A DNA stretch of 64,000 bases from Octopus vulgaris (taxonomy: Eukaryota). The notes below the pieces were generated by a model. That model did not search any database. It saw only the letters and a list, made by a program, of their open reading frames with translations, and was not told the origin of the DNA. The DNA lies in assembly GCA_951406725.2 (NCBI GenBank), contig OX597837.1, forward strand, positions 45,012,001-45,076,000. The letters are read 5' to 3'. This document shows positions 56,011 through 64,000 of this stretch, one piece after another. The stretch's first letter is position 1; each line of letters begins with the position of its first letter. The position numbers were made by a program, and so were the translations under genes.

Positions 56011-58079
56011 TGATATTTAACGGAATAGTTTTAACGCTAAAGAGTAAGATACTATCATCTTAGAATACTTTACCGGAAAAAGGGAGTTCCATATATTCCA
56101 CTCAAGAGCACCATTCACAGTACTCCTGCTGCACAACCAACTCCTATCTCTATGTTCTACAATACTCTTTCTGTTACAACTATTTCTAACACTATAGCAC
56201 ATAAAATTAACTGTACATAACCATCTCCCAATGTATCATTACACGACTCACTTTCTACGCTCTCATCTCCCACTATTATGGTGATCGACTCTTATATCGT
56301 AAACGGTAGATATGGCTTCCACAACTTAATTGCTGAACAACTTGCACAGAAGATTTGTTTATAGTGATCAAAGGTTTGTGTTGTGCATTAACTCACACCC
56401 TCCGTCAAATTCACATCTTTCCAGGTGCACAGCGTACCACACGCCAGACGTGAAAACAGTCACAGAGCAAAGTTAAATCAAGTGTTTTGCTCAAGAGACA
56501 ACGCACCACCCGATCCGACAATCGAACCCTCCATCCTGCAATCGTGATGCAACACCCTGATCACTAAACCACGCGGTTTCTCTCCAAATTTTATACACAA
56601 ACAAGCATTACACTTTCTACACACTCTTCACAGAATATTACATAAACACACACACACACTACATTTTCAACACATCCATCTCCCAAAGTTATACACAACT
56701 CACTCTATGCCCTTTCCACACCACCCGCTTTCATTGCGATTACACCACGCAAACTAAACTCCACACTTTCTGTACAACCATAACACAAGTCACCCAGCAT
56801 GTAAACAGTGTTACTGCTAATCTTATTAATGGTCATAGATCGATACAATCAGTAGAAGTAATATTATAAATTCTATATAATATAGAATTTATAATACTTG
56901 GAGTAAATTGGTGATCATCTCTTTCAGTAATAAATAATTCAAGATAATGTGTAATGATATTTTGAGCTGGCAGAATCGGTACCGCGCCAGAAAAATGCTG
57001 AACAGCATTTGTTCCGGTTTTACCTTCTCGATTCAAATTCGACCGAAGAGGACTTTTTCTTTCATACTTTTGGGGTTGATAAAATAAGTACCGTTAGAAG
57101 ACTGGGATCGATGTAATCGACTTACCGCCCTTCACCCAAATTGCTGGCCTTGTGTCAGAATTTGAAACCAATGTAAGAAATGACTTTGAGGAAAGAAGAG
57201 CTTCAACGTTTCGGGCAACAGACCTTCTATGAAAGAAGAGAGAATGAGAGGGGGGTACAAAGAGAGAGAAAGAGAGACGGAGAGAGAAAGGGGGAGATAT
57301 ATAAAAGAAGAGAAAGAAAGAGGGGGAGAGAGGAAAACGAGCGGATAAGAGAAGAGACAAAAGGATTGAGGAGAAGAAAGAAAGAGAGAAGGGAAAAGAG
57401 GAGGGCACTAAAAGGTAGCGGCAGAGAAAAAAGAAGAGGAGTGGGGTGGAGGAGGTGGAGAGATTAATGGAAAAAAAAGGAGAGGGTGAGGAGAATGGGA
57501 AGGTAGAAATATCGAAATTGTACGCACGCTGTGGATGAAATGCATCCGGAAGCATTTTAACCACGCTACACAAAACCATCTCTCCTTTCTTGATAAAGAG
57601 CCTGCAGCTCGAAATATCGAAGATATCATTATTTCCACACTACCTACAATGCTTCGACTTACAGGATTTAGTTGTGCATCTTAATGCACCGTGTTCAAGT
57701 CATGCCGAGGACGACTTCACTTTTTAGTGCTTGGAATTATCTGTGAAGTATCAAGTTCAATCTAATCAATTGCACACATTCCAGGAATTTGAGGAATTTG
57801 AGGACGAGTGCCAAATCAGCAAGCAGCAGTAATATTGTTAATTATCTTTTGTTTTATATGTCTGAGTGGTTGTATGTTGTGTGGGATGTTTGTGTGTGTG
57901 TGCACGCGTGCGCGCATGTGTGTGAGTGTATGTGTTTAAATGTATGTGTGTGTATGTGTATGTGTCTGGCGTCATTGTTGTTAATACTATTGAATCCTTT
58001 CTTGGTGGTTCTGATGAATGGTTATCACACGCGCGCGCACACACACACACATATATATATGCATGTATGTGTTTGTATG

Positions 58080-58119
<40 letters not shown>

Positions 58120-58165
58120 CGTACATATACATATATGTGTATATAAGTCTCTCTCTGTGTGAACA

Positions 58166-58235
<70 letters not shown>

Positions 58236-58840
58236 CATGCATGCATATATATATATATATATATATATAGGTATGTATGCATGTATATATAAATATACAG
58301 TACACATATAATTGTATGCAAACGTACAACACATGCACAGACAAAAATCACGCGCAGACTTAAAAATCATGCACAATGCCACTTGTAAACAAGCGCATTT
58401 AATAGATTTAATTAAAAATAATCAAAATGTAAAGAAAATATTTATGAAATTATCGTTATGCGTTTCTGAATAAAATAAAGTCGAAATATTTTAGAATTTC
58501 AAACACAAGAGTCTATATAAATGAGTTCAAAAATTTAATTAAATATCAATATCAATGAAAGGGAAAGAATAATTAAAAATATTTAATTAAACATTAAAAC
58601 ATATTAAACTATAGTATTTAAAGAGTTATAATAAACTCCAAATATAAATTAGACATTTTCTTTAGAAAGAAACCGTAAATTGATTCTTGCAAAATTTTAC
58701 CAACATTTCCGTCAACTGGAATCAATATCATTTTCGATAACACAAATAATTCAAATTATTAAATGAAATATAACATAATGGTTATATTTTCAATATGTGA
58801 TGGCGTAGTTTTCTATTTTGCGTATATAAGTATATGTATA

Positions 58841-58880
<40 letters not shown>

Positions 58881-59269
58881 AACATATGTTTGTGTATGTA
58901 TGTGTGTGTATACATGTATATATGTGTGTATATATATATATGTTCATGTACATATATATGTATATATATATATTTTGCATATTACCAAGCAAGAATTATA
59001 AAATACATAGAACTGTATAGGCGCAAGTGTGGGTGTGTGGAAAAAATTGCTTAACAGCCACATAGTTTCGGGTTCAGTCTAACTGTGTGGCACCTGCCTG
59101 CTACTATAGTCTTTGGCGAACCAAGCCTCGTGGGTGGATTTGGTAGACGGAAACTGAAAGAAGCCGGACAAATGTATATGGTATATATATATATATACAA
59201 AAATAGATAGATAAGTTTGTGCGTGTATATATATATATACATACATACATACATACATACATACATACA

Positions 59270-59300
<31 letters not shown>

Positions 59301-59638
59301 GTGCATGCATACATACACATATATATACAGATTTGGTGAAAAGTCATCCGACAGTAAATCAAAATTCCATAAATACTTAATTTTCAATTTTATTTATTTC
59401 ATTCCAATTATGAATGTTTAATAATTGAATGCTGTGAGTTAAAATCAACGATTATTTATTGTTTTTTCAACATTTGTCTATTTATTAGCAAAGTCTCATA
59501 TAAAATTACTTTGTGTTTTAAACTTGTAATTAAATGGGTTTTGATTTGCTGTCAAGTGACTTTTGGCTGCTATTTCTAAATTTTCGGTATGTGGTGAAGC
59601 AGCTTGTTGCTAAACCCTTAATTATTGTTATAATTATA

Positions 59639-59801
59639 TATCACTTTGATCACTTTGACCGACCAGTCCGTCAGGCGTCCATTTGACACCGCTGGTCACA
59701 GCACGCTGTCCACTCCTCTCTGGATCGCGCCTTTCTCATCCACGTGATCCCAATCGTCCTCCTGAAATCGTCACTCCACCGTCGTGGAGGTCTTCCCGGT
59801 G

Positions 59802-59804
<3 letters not shown>
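59639..59804 (-). mobile_element. 5'-truncated RTE-clade LINE 3' end
   Basis: Encodes PPGRPPRRWSDDFRRTIGITWMRKARSREEWTACCDQRCQMDA* (GRP..RW.D..W...A..R..W C-terminus). The tail is CTGGTCGGTCAAAGTGATCAAAGTGATA. Confidence 0.8.
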
Positions 59805-59851
<47 letters not shown>

Positions 59852-59889
59852 CACACGCACACACACACACTATATATATATATACACAT

Positions 59890-59950
<61 letters not shown>

Positions 59951-60249
59951 AACACACACATATCTATATATATGTGTGTAAGTAATTGTGCACATACCTA
60001 TACAAGTACATTTCTCTATTTGGATTGTGATGACCGGTTATTAGAATATCCATACTTGCTCTCTGATCGTCATTAGTTGTGCTTTTAAGTCCGTCGGTTG
60101 GTAAGAGCTAGTTTAAGGCATGAGCGTATCATATGAGTCGAAATGTTTCAGACTGTCTTTATTCCATTTAAACTACAAAGAAAAATATTTATGTATGTGG
60201 CATCAAATGTAATACATTAAAGATACACCTGCTGCGTGTCTTGCAGTGT

Positions 60250-60287
<38 letters not shown>

Positions 60288-60484
60288 GCATAGCCGAACT
60301 CACCTCATTACAAATTGCTACAGAAGTCTACGTTAATATTTAAGTACCTCAAAATTCCCGAGAACATGTTGCATATATGGAGATACAAAGGTATACATGC
60401 TTAAACGCAGGAGTATACACACAGATGCCCCTGTATGGCCGCAGTCTAAAGACTGAAACAAGTAAAAGAATAAAAAAGAAAAAG

Positions 60485-60524
<40 letters not shown>

Positions 60525-60892
60525 TTATTTTATGCAAATAAAAAATGTAAAAAAAATACAGGGCAACAAAAGTCAATTAGATGCACACCGTGGATATGTT
60601 AGTATGACGCTCAGTGAAACTTTTTTAGATAAATAAATAGGAGTAGAAATGACATTTCGAGCATGGCTCTTTGTCGGAAAGAGGAAAATGTCCAGAGAAG
60701 AGGAAAAGCAGAAAGGATCATAGAGTCCGGGGGTAAGCATGTGTGTCGTTAAATGGCCGCAAAATCTACATGCATTTAAATGAATACACACACACACGCA
60801 CGCACGCGTGCGCACACACATATATTTACATATGTAGCTGTATACGAGTATATACCCAAATGGATGTGTTTAGAGGGGTATCGAAACAAGAA

Positions 60893-61786
60893 CGAGAGGG
60901 TACCCAAAAAGAAACCAGAATTTTGCAATATTATTTTATTCACTTAGTTTTACACATTTACACTTTTATCGCCTTCAGAGTATTCTCCATTTGAAGCAAT
61001 GCATCGGTCCAGACGCGTTTTCCACTGTATGAAGCAGTTCTGGAACTTTTGCGAAATGATGTCTTTTAACGCCTCCGTAGTGTTTTTATTTTCTTCACCT
61101 CTTCCACGCCAGCATTTGTTACCAGTGATAACCTTTGAAAAAAGGTCCGAATCAACTTCCAACTGTTCTTTCAGTTCACGACACACATCCAGTTGTGACT
61201 GCTTTTGATCTTCCGTGAGCAAGTGAGGCACAACATTTTGTTGCAACTCTTTTCATTCGCAAACCTTCGCTCAAAAATTCGTTTGTCAGGAGCTCCAGGA
61301 CGATACTAGTTATATTAACAAGTCCGTTAATTTCTCAGAGACAGTCCTTCAAGATCAGTTCATGAATTTTTATGATCTTTTCATTAGTTCGGGATGTTGA
61401 TGGTTGCTCTGAATGAGATTGGTCTTCAAGCAACAAGTGACCATTCCTAAAGCATGGAAAACACTTGTAAACTTGTGTTTTACTCATGGCATCGCCCTTG
61501 TAAGCTGTTTGAAGCATGACAACTGTTTTGATTTCTGTTTTCTCTTGCAGAAAACAGAATTTCACAGAAGCATGATGCTCTTTCGTTTCAGACATCGCAA
61601 AAATCGACAAACAGAGAAGCACTGTAACACAAAAACGCACCACGTGGCACTATGACCCCAATGGACAACACCGGTCCACATACTGATGCCTGAGGGTCGC
61701 ATCAAGTGGCTTCTAGCGACGGAAGCCTGAACTACAAGAGGCTTGTCCCACAAATAACGTTTCCAGTTACTTTTGGGTACCTCTCG
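60893..61786 (-). mobile_element. Internally deleted mariner element with TIRs
   Basis: Encodes the HTH region MSETKEHHASVKFCFLQEK..SKTQVYKCF, then VPHLLTEDQKQ..SKVITGNKCW fused to the C-terminal FQNCFIQWKTRLDRCIASNGEYSEGD. Termini are CGAGAGG(G)TACCCAAAA in inverted orientation. Confidence 0.88.
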
Positions 61787-62095
61787 TATATTCATATTTG
61801 CCCCTCACCAATTTAAGTACATTAATGTATAATTATATACATAGACGTACATATATTGACACCTAGGTATATACTACCTGCACATAGGTATATGCATATA
61901 TACACATATATACACATATCTATATGTCTTTTATCTTTTATCAAATTCCGCCAAGGTCGAATTTACCTTTCATCCTTTCAGGGTCGATAAAATAAGCACC
62001 AGTTAAGCACAGGGGTCGATGCAATCGACTTAATCCCTTTGTTTGTCCCCTCCGCGTTTAGTCCCTTGTGGGCAATAAAGAAATAAATAGGTATT

Positions 62096-62578
62096 CGTTT
62101 GCGATTTAACTTATATCCTAAACCATTCTTGTGCAAATTCAAAATAATTTTCATCAAATTTTCAGACAATTCTTTTCCATTTGGTGCCATTTTAATCACA
62201 ATGAAGAAGATTTTCACCACGGTACACAAATCAGAATTCCTGCAGATGTAATAACAATGACGGTGCAAAAATGCTAGGAGAAATAATTTATTAGAATTGA
62301 AATTATCAGCAATATCTGAATTTATTAAAAAAAGTGGATAAAATATTGAATATAGCAAATTTCCTTCAGGATGTACATATTTTTGTAACGTTTGAAAATT
62401 AATATTTCGTTCATATCTTTGAAAATGTTTATTATTTTGTGTTGCAAGTTTGTATAATATTTGCATGTATAATGTAATTTATTCAATATAAATTTCGTTT
62501 GATTTCCTTCGATATTATCATAATAACGGAAATTTACTGAAATTTTTTAGGGGTGTACATACTTCTGTGATATAATGT
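62096..62578 (-). mobile_element. Tc1-like element 5' fragment truncated by a SINE
   Basis: Terminus CATTATATCACAGAAGTATGTACACCCC and ORF start MAPNGKELSENLMKIILNLHKNGLGYK (Tc1 HTH). Confidence 0.75.
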
Positions 62579-62598
62579 ATCTCTATCTATCTATCTAA

Positions 62599-62682
<84 letters not shown>

Positions 62683-62684
62683 AA

Positions 62685-62772
<88 letters not shown>

Positions 62773-62798
62773 ATATATGCATATATATATATATATAT

Positions 62799-62873
<75 letters not shown>

Positions 62874-63440
62874 TGCATATATGCATATATATGTATATAT
62901 GTATATACGTATATACATGATGCATGATATATATCATGCATCAGCATGGCCGCAGCTCTGAGCTGAAACTTAAAAATAAAAAATATATATACATACATAT
63001 ATATATACACATATATGTATATATACATATATACATATGAGCGAGAGAGAGAGAGAGAAAGACAGAAAGAAATAGGGAGCATTTGTGTGAATAGAGGCGT
63101 CGTTTGATCACCTGGTACTTAGCAATATATATTTTGGCTCTTTATGCCCCGAGTCCAATCAAGTCCCATTGAGGCGAAATCTACCTTTCATCCTTCCAGG
63201 CCAACGAATATATAGCAATATTGCTGTTGCATCCACTTCTCGCTCCAGTTTCCACATTCTGAATCTTCCATCGAATCAAGGGCCGTAAGGGGGGTCCGTC
63301 CGTATGTGCTAACGATTATTTTTTGGTATTGAAACAATTTGTAAAATAGTGTTACCGATCCCTCTCATAACTCCTATAAACTAACTGCCTAATCCCAGTA
63401 AGACCGCCATCCGTAGAACGGACAGGAAAATATAAACTAA

Positions 63441-63488
63441 ATAACAACAACAACAATAATAATAATAATAGTAATAATAATAATAATG

Positions 63489-63540
<52 letters not shown>

Positions 63541-63563
63541 TGATGATGATAATAATAATAATA

Positions 63564-63599
<36 letters not shown>

Positions 63600-63623
63600 G
63601 TAATAATAATAATAATAATAATA

Positions 63624-63718
<95 letters not shown>

Positions 63719-63752
63719 AATGATGATGATGATGATGATAATGATGATGATG

Positions 63753-63783
<31 letters not shown>

Positions 63784-63841
63784 CAACAACAACAACAACA
63801 ATAATAATAATAATAATAATAATAACAATAACAGCAACAAC

Positions 63842-63927
<86 letters not shown>

Positions 63928-63934
63928 CAACAAC

Positions 63935-64000
<66 letters not shown>
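63441..64000. repeat. (AAT)n/(GAT)n/(AAC)n trinucleotide tract running off the window
   Basis: Directly visible. Confidence 0.97.

Overview
AT-rich, microsatellite-saturated eukaryotic DNA. The tRNA-derived SINE families and repeat landscape match my recollection of an octopus (coleoid cephalopod) genome; that assignment is an inference. Most ORFs in the track are microsatellite read-throughs. Two protein-coding genes are supported, both on the + strand. (1) A spliced Shisa-like single-pass membrane protein: a Cys-rich exon at 2976-3137, a 23-kb intron, a TM exon at 26207-26301 and a tail exon at 27322-27758. The splice phases match, the product is 230 aa from ATG 2977, and it ends in a PDZ-ligand-like EEVVV. 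(2) A 700-aa predicted secreted protein encoded in one exon (47277-49379), with about 570 residues of 8/16-aa Trp/Tyr/Arg/Thr/Pro repeats and no acidic residue in the array. It has a TATA box, a probable 3'-UTR intron and a poly(A) signal. I cannot assign it to a known family, and it is the main novelty candidate. The remaining sequence holds several SINE families, mariner/Tc1 relics and MITEs, Helitrons, LINE and Penelope-like RT fragments, and short Penelope-associated elements with hammerhead-ribozyme-like motifs, some with non-canonical cores and some inside long inverted repeats. All counts were made by hand and no database search was run.
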